64,000 nucleotides of DNA, from assembly GCA_965240325.2 (NCBI GenBank), contig OZ251222.1:2046001-2110000 (forward strand). The letters are read 5' to 3'. Below, in pieces: positions 55,190-64,000 of this stretch. Both the position numbers and the translations under genes were made by a program. Within the stretch, counting starts at the first letter, position 1, and each line of letters opens with the position of its first letter. The notes under the pieces are model-generated. The model was not told the origin of the DNA. It ran no database searches and saw only the letters and a program-made list of their open reading frames with translations. This DNA comes from Rebecca billardiae RCC1528 (Eukaryota > Protista > Haptophyta).

Positions 55190-55228
<39 letters not shown>
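55190..55228. repeat. (AT)n microsatellite
   Basis: Direct observation. Confidence 0.95.
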
Positions 55229-55230
<2 letters not shown>

Positions 55231-56112
55231 ATGGCGTTATTGGCACGACAATAACTGACTACTGAGTGTATATAGTCTAAGACTAAGAGCGACACCAAGA
55301 TCCGGCTCGCTTGGCATCATCAACCAGCTGTCCGGCCGGGGCGCCCGCCGCCCAGCGCGCGCAGTCCTGGTCGGACCCCTTTTCGGCAGCCAATGCCCAA
55401 TCCGGTCGGCACCGGGCAGGCGGGCACCCGCGCCTGCAGGACTTGCTCGGCGACTCTTGTTTCAATCATTCGAGGCGACGGCTCTTCTGGCTTCGGCGTG
55501 GCTCGGCCCAAGGTTCGGGGGCGTCACGACACAAACAAGGCGCCGAGCTGGGCAGGGGGCCCACGACACCGCACGCTACACTCTCCTCCGCCGACCACTC
55601 TTGTGAGCTCTGCACACAGGAGGTGTACGCCTTTGGTAGTCCCTTCTGCTCGGTGAGGTTGCTGCTGTCAGCGCCTCCGCCCTGCAGCGCCACACCGCAG
55701 CCGCGTCGTCGCTCGTCCGGCATCACATTCTCGTCCAGCAGCTCACGTCACACGTGCTGCCGCGTCAGCTCCGCGGCGGCGGCGGTTCACTGTTTGCCCA
55801 CCCTCCCACCCTCTGTCTGGGATAACGGTGCTGTGCAACCTGTGCTGTCTGGTCAGCCAGATCGGCCGTCGACCTCCGTGACTGACGGACCTCACGGGCG
55901 CCCTCTCGACCACGGGCAGCTGCGCCTCCGCACTGCCCGCGCCCGTCGTTCGTTGGTAAAATCCCGACCTATGTATCATAACATGATCGTGTCCCAATCA
56001 TGATCATCGCGTGGACTGTCTCAAGACGCAGTTCACGCCACGACCATCCAGCTCTCGGTCGTTCTCGACGCTTCGAGCAATAAGCAGGGCATGGCGGAGT
56101 GGTTAGACAATA

Positions 56113-56114
<2 letters not shown>

Positions 56115-56150
<36 letters not shown>

Positions 56151-56157
56151 AGAGAGA
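56115..56157. repeat. (AG)n microsatellite
   Basis: Direct observation. Confidence 0.93.
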
Positions 56158-56286
56158 GCTAATATAATAATAATGATCGTCCGCGTCATCGTCATCAGAC
56201 GATCAGCTAGTGCGGCGCAGGCTTGCGCAGTTCGGCAGCCACCGGCACGTGCACTTGCTCGACCATGCAGCAGAGCCGGCTCGTCG

Positions 56287-57960
56287 TCAAAAAATGCTGC
56301 TGAGACTGGATCTCCCCCCGGCTGTGAGGCTCGCGTCTCCTGACCCTGTGCCGCCTGATGCTCGACGCCACACTGTGGAGGCGGCAACTGCCGCAGCGCA
56401 CAGCCCGCCGCCAACAATGGCCAGGCCGTACAGGGCACGGCGCCATGCGGCTGTGCGCCCAGTCCACCGCCCACCGACTGCGTACGGCCCTTCAGAGCGC
56501 AGTCCGCCCCAGCGTGCTCGTGCACCATGGCTCCTGGGGCTACCTCGCGGCCTCTGCGCGCGCGCGGCGATGAGTTCATCAGCGAAGCGCACGAGCCGTA
56601 TCCGCGTCGACGCTGCAGCCTCGGCGCCGACAGCGCGGAGCAGCTCGACATTGCGCGCGTCGCCGCCGAAGCTGTCGGAGTGCTCGAAGCGCGAGAGGTC
56701 CACCTGTACGCGCATGTAGTTCTCCACGGCGCCGTTCGCGTGGAAGACTTTCCGGAAGAACTGGTCAGTCAGCTCCTCCTGCCCGCGGATGGCGGCGCCC
56801 AGCAGCTCAAGCCGCGGCACGGTGAGCGGGAGGAAGACCCACTTGAGCGTGCCCCACTGCGTGTCCCACCACGTCGTGTCGTTGAACTCGAGGAACTGCA
56901 CCACGGTCTTGAACGCGCTGCCGAGCATGTTGTTGCGCAGGTCGACGTTGCCGGAGGCGTATAGGTCGGAGCGCTCGCGGCCGGTGCCGAGCGAGAGCAT
57001 CAGCGAGCGGTCGTGCGTGAGCTGGCAGCCGCGCCGCTCGACGGCCATCTTCTCGGCGAGCTCGTACGCGATGAGCGACGGGTTGTTCGCGTACAGCGCG
57101 CCGTCCACGCCGAGCAGCCTGTCCCCGTCCTCCGAGCAGCCCACGCACGTCATGTTGTGCGGGTTGAAGAAGGTGGGCGCCGCGCTGGTCGCGAGGACGG
57201 CGTCTGTCAAGTAGTACGTCGAGGCGGGCGTCGCGCCGAGGTTGGAGAAGGTGACGGGCGAGCCGCGGAGCAGGTCGTATGTCGTCATCCCGAGTACGCG
57301 TCCGCCGAAGTCGTCCGCCGTCGTCATGTCGCCGAGGTAGCTGCGCGCGACCGCCTCGATCCCGCTCGAGTCGTACACGGGGTACGACAGATAGCAGTGC
57401 GCCACCGCCGGCAGGCAGTCGTACAGAAGCCCGAGCAGGTCGTACAGGTTGAGCGAGCAGTGCTCGCGGATCTGCTGCTGGTAGTGCGGCTTGCAGTTGC
57501 GCGTGTCGTTGTTGAAGATCTTCGCCCCGTCCCGCTCGTAGATCTCCGCGAGCTGCCGCGCTCGGTGACCGAGCGCCAGGCTCGCAGCCTGCAAGCCGCC
57601 AGTCGACGTGCCGACGACCACGTCGAAGTAGTCGCCCACCGAGACCGGCTGTCCCTCCTTCTCGCTCAATATGGCCTCTAGGTCCTCCAGGACCGTCGCG
57701 CCGATCAGGCCGCGCATCCCGCCGCCGTCAAGGCTGAGGATGGACACGGGCTCGGCGCACATGGGGAGCCGGTCCTCTTCTCCGCGCACGTGCACGCCGC
57801 TGGCAGCCGGCGCCTCGGCGAGGATGCGAGGGCTGCGCAGGGGCGCATTCGTGCGGTGGGCGCCCCGTAGCTCTGGAGCAACAAGGACGCCAATTGCCAC
57901 GCCCACTAGCACGCACACGAGCGGCAACCCCAGCCGCTCGGCGGCCGGCGAGTGCGCCAT
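56287..57960 (-). CDS. Patatin-like phospholipase with N- and C-terminal hydrophobic anchors
   Basis: ILSLDGGGMRG, GTSTG, TSAAPTFF, DGALYANNP, LSLGTG motifs. Confidence 0.92.
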   Translation of the reverse strand: MAHSPAAERLGLPLVCVLVGVAIGVLVAPELRGAHRTNAPLRSPRILAEAPAASGVHVRGEEDRLPMCAEPVSILSLDGGGMRGLIGATVLEDLEAILSEKEGQPVSVGDYFDVVVGTSTGGLQAASLALGHRARQLAEIYERDGAKIFNNDTRNCKPHYQQQIREHCSLNLYDLLGLLYDCLPAVAHCYLSYPVYDSSGIEAVARSYLGDMTTADDFGGRVLGMTTYDLLRGSPVTFSNLGATPASTYYLTDAVLATSAAPTFFNPHNMTCVGCSEDGDRLLGVDGALYANNPSLIAYELAEKMAVERRGCQLTHDRSLMLSLGTGRERSDLYASGNVDLRNNMLGSAFKTVVQFLEFNDTTWWDTQWGTLKWVFLPLTVPRLELLGAAIRGQEELTDQFFRKVFHANGAVENYMRVQVDLSRFEHSDSFGGDARNVELLRAVGAEAAASTRIRLVRFADELIAARAQRPRGSPRSHGARARWGGLRSEGPYAVGGRWTGRTAAWRRALYGLAIVGGGLCAAAVAASTVWRRASGGTGSGDASLTAGGRSSLSSIF

Positions 57961-58148
57961 CGTCCGCTGAAAAAAGGCGGCCGCTCGCCAGGAATCCAGT
58001 CGAATCCCACAACATGGAGATCTGGATCCGCGTAGTCCGGGCGACTGGGCACACTCAAGCAAGGGACTCCCTTGACTCAAGGCTGGCGCTGCTTGAAGTC
58101 AATCGCCACGCGGCCGGCGAACTCGGAGATCCAGCCCGCATTCTCCGC

Positions 58149-58868
58149 ATGTCGCGCCGCGGCGGCCGTCTCATCATGCAGGCGCTGCTGCTCAAGGCGA
58201 TCACTGGCGCTGTCGTCATTCGCCGCGCGGTCCCGACAGACACTCCTGCGATGTCCTCGATCGTGCGCGAGGCGTTCCGCGGGCCGTGGAGCCTCGGCGA
58301 TGGCCCGCTGGTGTGGGCGGAGCAAGCTTCCGTGGAAGCTGACCTTCGCACCAAGATTGCGGCTAGGCTGCGGAAGCAGGCAAAGCTCGAGGCAGTCGGG
58401 CAGACGCAGATGGACGAAGTCCTCCTCGTCGCGTGCGACGGCGACGAAGGCGAGATGCTCGGATGCGCGGACCTCCGGGTGGAATGGTTCGACGTGGAGT
58501 CGCGCAAGCGAGCGAAACCGCCGTCGCCCAGAGACATGTTCCTCAGCCCCGAGGAGGAGGGGGACAGAGTGCAGCGGCCGTACCTGTGCAACCTCGCAGT
58601 AAGCCCGGTCGCGCGGAGACGTGGCATCGGAGCCGCACTCGTGCGCGCGTGCGAGGAGCAGAGCGTCTCCTGGGGCTACGAGGAGCTCTTCCTTGAGGTC
58701 GTCGAGTCGAATGAGGGCGCGTTGGCCTTTTACCGTGCGCTGGACTACTCGCTCGAGCCGTGCGACGAGCAGGCATTCGTCACAAAGCGCCAATCGTTTT
58801 GGTTCGCCTCTGAGTGGGAGGGCAAGCTGCGCCTATCAAAGCGCGATTTGGCTCCCATGGCGCCGTGA
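58149..58868 (+). CDS. GNAT family N-acetyltransferase
   Basis: PYLCNLAVSPVARRRGIGAALV and LEVVESNEGALAFYRALDY motifs. Confidence 0.9.
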   Translation: MSRRGGRLIMQALLLKAITGAVVIRRAVPTDTPAMSSIVREAFRGPWSLGDGPLVWAEQASVEADLRTKIAARLRKQAKLEAVGQTQMDEVLLVACDGDEGEMLGCADLRVEWFDVESRKRAKPPSPRDMFLSPEEEGDRVQRPYLCNLAVSPVARRRGIGAALVRACEEQSVSWGYEELFLEVVESNEGALAFYRALDYSLEPCDEQAFVTKRQSFWFASEWEGKLRLSKRDLAPMAP

Positions 58869-59170
58869 GCACCGGACCGGGAGTGACCCGAGTACGGCTC
58901 TGAGCTATCAGAATGCGCAACGGCGGTGGTGAGCCTTGGCACTGTCACAGAGTGCGCGGATGTCTCCCCTGAGGCCACATGATATATGACGGAGTGGAGG
59001 CCACATGATATGACGGCGTCGCAGGTCTCATCCAGTCTGATCACCCGGAGCCTGCTGTTATAATTTTAAAGGGGAAATTATTATTAGTCTTATTTATTAG
59101 TCCCTGCGGCGGCGCCGCCGCCGAGGTTATCATGCATGCGCTACTCCAACTTCTAACTATAGCTTAGCCG

Positions 59171-59570
59171 TATGATTTAACGACACAGGTAGGACTACGG
59201 CGCAGGTCTCCTGATTCGTCGTCGGCAGTGCCCGATCGTCGACACGAAGTCGGCGCTGGTGGCAGAGCATATATTATAGCCTGATGAACCGCGATCGAAT
59301 GGCTTGAGCGCGGCCTGTCATCGACATTCGGACCGAGCCAATATGAGTACCGCGGCCTGACTAATTCTATGATGTAAAGACTACACAGCAGCACGACTGC
59401 ACGAGGGCGCAGCCGCCTCCTGATTCGTTTGTCGAAGTACTGATTGGAGACGGAGGATGTCCGCGGAGCTCGTTGGCCGTGGGTGAGGGAGTCGTCGCCG
59501 ATGCTGATCGCACGGAGGTAGTGGGCGCCCAGGGATGCCGCTGTATTTGCAGTCGTCGGTCATCACGTAG
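59171..59570 (+). repeat. Two adjacent copies of the dispersed TATGATTTAA repeat family
   Basis: 59171-59283 matches 9887-9990 (reverse strand); 59359-59570 matches 41615-41808. Confidence 0.85.
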
Positions 59571-60122
59571 TTGCCCACGTGGCACGTCGGTCCGAGGCTG
59601 TTCAAGTTGCTGATCATGCCGTAGTGCAAATATGTAGTGCAAATATGTAGTGGATATGTGGTCGCCTTGGCCGGTGTGCGACTGTGCGTGGTCTTGGTCT
59701 TGCCGAGTTGAGGGAGCAGTCGCCCTTGCCGTTGACTGATTACGGCGATTGCGTGGTCTAATTATGTTTACCTTTGTCAGACGACTCGGTGTCAGTCAAT
59801 GTCATCCTGTGGCTGTCTTCAGAGTTACGTGTCGTCCGATATATAAGTCTGTGCTATCGTCTAGTTCTGTTATAATAGCGTATAGCAGATTATTGATCAG
59901 TCGACGTCATCGTCATCATCATTAGCAGTCTCAGTCCGAATCTACTCTGATATAGACCCATGCGTCACTGTACCCGGTTCATAAAGTAGTCACTTCCTTG
60001 GACGCCCTTAGCACCAGACCGCTCGATCATCGTCAATAGCTAGCTACTACCGCCGAACTTCACGGACATCAATAACGACGACGCGTCGGGCGCGCGCCCT
60101 CCGACTTCTCCATCCACCTGCC

Positions 60123-62393
60123 TCAGCGCGGGCTGCGGATGATCTGATCGTGCAGATGGTGGGGCACGACCACCTTGAAGCCATCGTCGAGGCGGACGAC
60201 GGTGAAGAACTCCTGCGCGCCGAGGTCTGCGTACCTCGGCGCGCCGAGGTCCATCACCGTGCCCAGCTCCCACCTGCCGTCCGATCCGCGGCAGCACTCG
60301 ACGCGCGCGCCAGCGGCAAAGCGGGGATGGCCACCGCCGTGCGAGGGTCCGCTGCCCGCGGCCGCGAGCTTGGGCGTGCAGCGGAACTTGTGCCCGCCGT
60401 GCTTCCAGTCACTGCGCTGGCAGTCCCTGGAGCAGTACGCGGTGCTCTGGCAGGCGCTGCACTTGAACGTCGCCACGCGCTCGGCGCAGCGCGCGCAATG
60501 CTTCGCCGGCGTGATTGCGCCATCGCCCCGTGCCTCGTCACGCGGCACCGTCCTGCACACGCGCGCACAGTCGGCGTCCGCGCACATGAGCGCGTGGCAC
60601 GCAGCGTGCTCGGCGCGGCAGCACGGGCCAAACTCAGCACCCGCGTCGACGAGGGCGTTGATCACGGCTTGCTTCACCACCACGCCATCGGCATCCGGCG
60701 CAGCGGCCATGCACAACGCGCGCTTGCCCCGCGCGTCGGCGAGCACGAGCGCGGCACGCACGCCATCGGCACCGTGCATCTTGCGAAGCGCGTCGAGCAG
60801 CTGGCGCACCACGCGCGGTGCGCAGCCGTGTGCGCACGCGAGCGCAAGCGGGTGCCGCCCGTGCCGATCGGGTACAGCTGGGTCGGCACCCGCCGCGAGG
60901 AGGAGCGCGATCATCTCGGCGCTGCCATTGATGCATGCGAGGTGCAGCGCTGTGCGGCCGCACTTCGGCTCAACGCGCAACGCCCACGCGAGCCGCACAC
61001 CTCCGCCCTCACCGCTGCCCGCCGCCTCCCACTCCTCTGCTGCGGCGAAGTCCGCGCTGCTGACGAACTTGTCGCGCTCGAGCTCGTCTTCTGCGCGCGC
61101 GTGCCCCTCGTGATACGGCTGGGCGTCCAAATCCACCTCATCGCCCGAAGAGCCAGCACGACGCCCTGGGCGCGGAGCAACCGCTAGCATGTCGAAAGCG
61201 TCGCTGCCGCGTGCATTTGGTAGGCGTCGCAGGTGAGCATGGCCCTCCTCCAGCAGCCACTGCACAAACTTGGTGGCGCCGAGTGCGACCGCCTCGCACA
61301 GCAGATGAATTGCGTCCTGCACGCGCTCGTGGCCTCCGCGCACGATCGCGCGCGCCGCCGCTTGGTCACGGTGGCGGAGGGCGATGGTGGCGGGCGTGAT
61401 GCGCCTGCAGAGGGCATCCGCGCGCGCGCCACACGGGCACGCGAGCGCGTCGCACTCGTAGCTCGGCTCGCGCGGGCATGGCAGCGAAATGAGGTCGAGC
61501 GCGCCTGGGTGCGCGGCTATCAGGTCCTCCTTCTGCAACCGGCAGCGCAGCTCGAGTTCGATCGCCCCTAGCTCGCTGCCCGGCGGCTCGCCGCCGAAGA
61601 CGGCGGCGACGGCGGCAGGTCGCGAATCGATCTGAGCAAGGTTGGCGCACAGCCGCAGGAGCTCCGCGCGCTCCGCCTCGGGCTCGGCGCGCAGGCTGAA
61701 GCGCACGAGCTCCTTGAGCCACAGGCGCGAGGCTTCGTCCTCGTCCTCGTCCTCATCATCATCGTTCTCTGCGGAGACCCCCTCGGCGCGCACCTCGGCG
61801 CGCTGCTGCGGCATGCACGGCCGCTCGAGCATCAGCGCCTCGCGTCGCACTCGAATGGGACGACTGAGCGTGCGCTCCCACGTGCACCAGAGGGTGGCCG
61901 GGCCGCGCCCGTCGAGAGAACGCAACCAGCAGGTGGTCGTCGACGCCTCGTACTTCAACACGCACCCGCGCGTATAGGGCCTGCGAGCGCTTACGAAAAG
62001 AGACCCCTGATCCGGCATGACTGTGGCCTCGCGGCCGACGACTTGCTGTTGCACGCGCTCGGCGCCACGGCCGCCGCCGAGCAGCACTCCTGGCCCGTAC
62101 CCGAAGTCGAGGCAGGCGAGGGGCGCTCCCATAGCAAAGCGGCCACACTCGGAGAACACGTTGAGATGCGGCGGCACCTCGCGCACCACGAGCCTGTCGC
62201 TACTCGGGTCATGCCCGAGCACGAGCACGCGCAGGCCGTTCAGCTCGGGCCGCGCTGACAGGCCGCGCAGACGCGCAAATCGGCCGATAGGGTGCACCAT
62301 GCGCGCGGGCTGGCACGCGCTGATGGTGAGCGCATCCATGTGGCGATGGCCCGCGGGGGCGCGCGTGTCGTGCGCATCGAGCGACGGAAGCAT
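60123..62393 (-). CDS. Ankyrin-repeat plus MYND zinc-finger protein with terminal SH3-like modules
   Basis: GRTALHLAC, GRHPLALAC (ankyrin); CARC...CSACQSTAYCSRDCQRSDWK..HK..C (MYND); N-terminal LRGLSARPELNG; C-terminal RFAAGARVEC..W..GTV..VRLDDG. Confidence 0.88.
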   Translation of the reverse strand: MLPSLDAHDTRAPAGHRHMDALTISACQPARMVHPIGRFARLRGLSARPELNGLRVLVLGHDPSSDRLVVREVPPHLNVFSECGRFAMGAPLACLDFGYGPGVLLGGGRGAERVQQQVVGREATVMPDQGSLFVSARRPYTRGCVLKYEASTTTCWLRSLDGRGPATLWCTWERTLSRPIRVRREALMLERPCMPQQRAEVRAEGVSAENDDDEDEDEDEASRLWLKELVRFSLRAEPEAERAELLRLCANLAQIDSRPAAVAAVFGGEPPGSELGAIELELRCRLQKEDLIAAHPGALDLISLPCPREPSYECDALACPCGARADALCRRITPATIALRHRDQAAARAIVRGGHERVQDAIHLLCEAVALGATKFVQWLLEEGHAHLRRLPNARGSDAFDMLAVAPRPGRRAGSSGDEVDLDAQPYHEGHARAEDELERDKFVSSADFAAAEEWEAAGSGEGGGVRLAWALRVEPKCGRTALHLACINGSAEMIALLLAAGADPAVPDRHGRHPLALACAHGCAPRVVRQLLDALRKMHGADGVRAALVLADARGKRALCMAAAPDADGVVVKQAVINALVDAGAEFGPCCRAEHAACHALMCADADCARVCRTVPRDEARGDGAITPAKHCARCAERVATFKCSACQSTAYCSRDCQRSDWKHGGHKFRCTPKLAAAGSGPSHGGGHPRFAAGARVECCRGSDGRWELGTVMDLGAPRYADLGAQEFFTVVRLDDGFKVVVPHHLHDQIIRSPR

Positions 62394-63480
62394 AGATCTC
62401 GTCGGCGGTAGAAAGCAGGGCGAGGTGGCGAGGGGTGCGGGCGCAAATGGGGGGTGGCGGGCTCTTCGGCGGGAATCTAATTAGTGATGGGTGTTCGATG
62501 GGCTGTGAGGCGAAGCGAGGCAATTTTGGGCCTCATAGTTAGCTACCCAGGCAATCAAGCTCGACGAATGAGCGCGCGGCTGATGGTAAGACAACATGCA
62601 TCACCGACTACACAACATGCACACGATACTATGCGTGATACGACCGCCAGCAACTACAGTATTTACTCACTGACTGGGTACCCCGCGTTACAACGGCCTG
62701 CTCGAGAGCTGTGTGCTAGGCGCCCGCGGGCATGAGACTAGGCAGCGGCCGTTACGGGCTGCCTACTGGGCAAATACTCAATTAGCCCGCATACCGAACT
62801 GTGCGCACGACACTCGGTCGATCGCGTTATTTAACGCCGTTGCTGGCATCGTCCTCGTCAAGGTCAGGCCGAGTGGCCTGACAGCTTACTGCTTACTACT
62901 GGACTTAAACTGGTCAATAGACAATACATCACAGTACACGTACAGCCAGACAGTACGTAGACACTCGACAGTCATCACAGTACCATTGGCGCACACGGCA
63001 TAGCTTGAGCTGGCTCGGACGCACCGGGGATGACCCGCATGCGGCATGACGGTCGCGCCCGGCCGGCTCAGAGTCAGACCAGACGTTAAGCTACTGCTAC
63101 TACGAGGCCTGAGTTAATATACTGACCGGATCACGTTAAGCTGCATGCTACAGTACCGACTACGATGGCGCCAATGAGTGAGCCACGGACCCTAGTAACT
63201 ACGGTCGGCACAGCGAAGCAGACGCGACGAGCCCGATCGAAGTCAACTGACCGCACATGGCACATGGGGCCCGCGCGGCAGGGCGGCGGGCGCCGGCGCC
63301 CGGACCCTGTGGCCTGTGTAACTGCTCGTCAATTACGGCAATAATCGATCATTCAATCGTGACTCGGTGGACTGCAATCGCGTCGATAATAATCATCATC
63401 ATGCATGCGCGCGAATATGCTCCGATGGCGGTGAGATTGCTCGTGATCGAGTCGTGCACGACTGAGACCGAAGGCGATCG

Positions 63481-63895
63481 TCATAATGATGCCAGCTCGT
63501 TCACCGGCGCGCTGTGGCGGTGGTGGGCTGGCATCGCCGCCACATTGCCTGCGGTCCCGCTGTGACCATCTGCCACCGCGCAGCCGCTGACACTGATAGC
63601 GGCGTCATCGACCGCATCAAAGTAGGTCGCGCTGTCAACCCGCCTGGGCTGCGCCTCATCACCGGCGGGCGCAGCCTCCGCGGCCTCGGCGCTGACAGGG
63701 ACGGGGCCCACCTCGGGCGCCTCGCAGCCACCTGCTTGGCATTCACTGCTCGTCTGACCGCACGTGTAGCAGAAGCCCGTGCCACACCTGCACGTGATCG
63801 TATCGCACCCGCCATTCTTCTCGACGGGCGTGGTGCACGTCGGGCAAGGCTTGGTGTTCCGCTGCGCCCACTCGTGGAACAAGCCCTCGCTGTCT
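63481..63895 (-). CDS. Last exon of an RBR-type E3 ligase (Rcat/RING2 domain); gene extends beyond the window
   Basis: EWAQRNTKPCPTCTTPVEKNGGCDTITCRCGTGFCYTCG. Confidence 0.8.
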
Positions 63896-64000
63896 GCGCG
63901 TGCGCACCCGCGCCACGATGGGAGCGGGAGGTCAGCCGAAGTTGGGGAGGGGTGTACTAGTAGCACGCCGCAGGGGACGGCTGGGCGACGCAGTGTGACG

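Overview
Very GC-rich, gene-dense eukaryotic genomic DNA, not prokaryotic. It has short spliceosomal introns (mostly GTGCGC...GCAG), ShKT-P4H genes and bipartite plastid-type targeting. This style suggests a haptophyte alga such as Pavlovales/Diacronema, which is an inference. About 22 protein genes can be supported. Conserved genes include a papain protease, CAMK-like kinase, CDC48-family AAA, type II peroxiredoxin, CinA/NMNAT-like protein, two P4Hs, APC4, VPS51, PET191, an amino-acid permease, TDP1, a sulfotransferase, patatin, a GNAT, ankyrin-MYND and a partial RBR ligase; many sit head-to-head. They alternate with accessory islands bordered by microsatellites and transposon debris. The most notable accessory content is: (i) an ARM-repeat/BTB protein with 19 near-identical 123-bp repeats whose variation falls on the ligand-facing helix-3 positions, divergently paired with an aberrant HECT E3 ligase; (ii) a J-domain/dynamin (Mx-like) fusion; (iii) a 15 x 114-bp EsV-1-7 Cys/His repeat protein; (iv) a stand-alone MIER1/SRCAP-type acidic histone-binding mini-protein; (v) nested long-TIR foldback elements (418-bp TIRs, 7-bp TSD); and (vi) a 909-bp GTAC-saturated Mutator/foldback element with a perfect 10-bp TSD next to a start codon. 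Items (i)-(iii) may represent a repeat-diversified innate-immunity/ubiquitin toolkit (hypothesis). All coordinates and exon junctions were worked out by hand.
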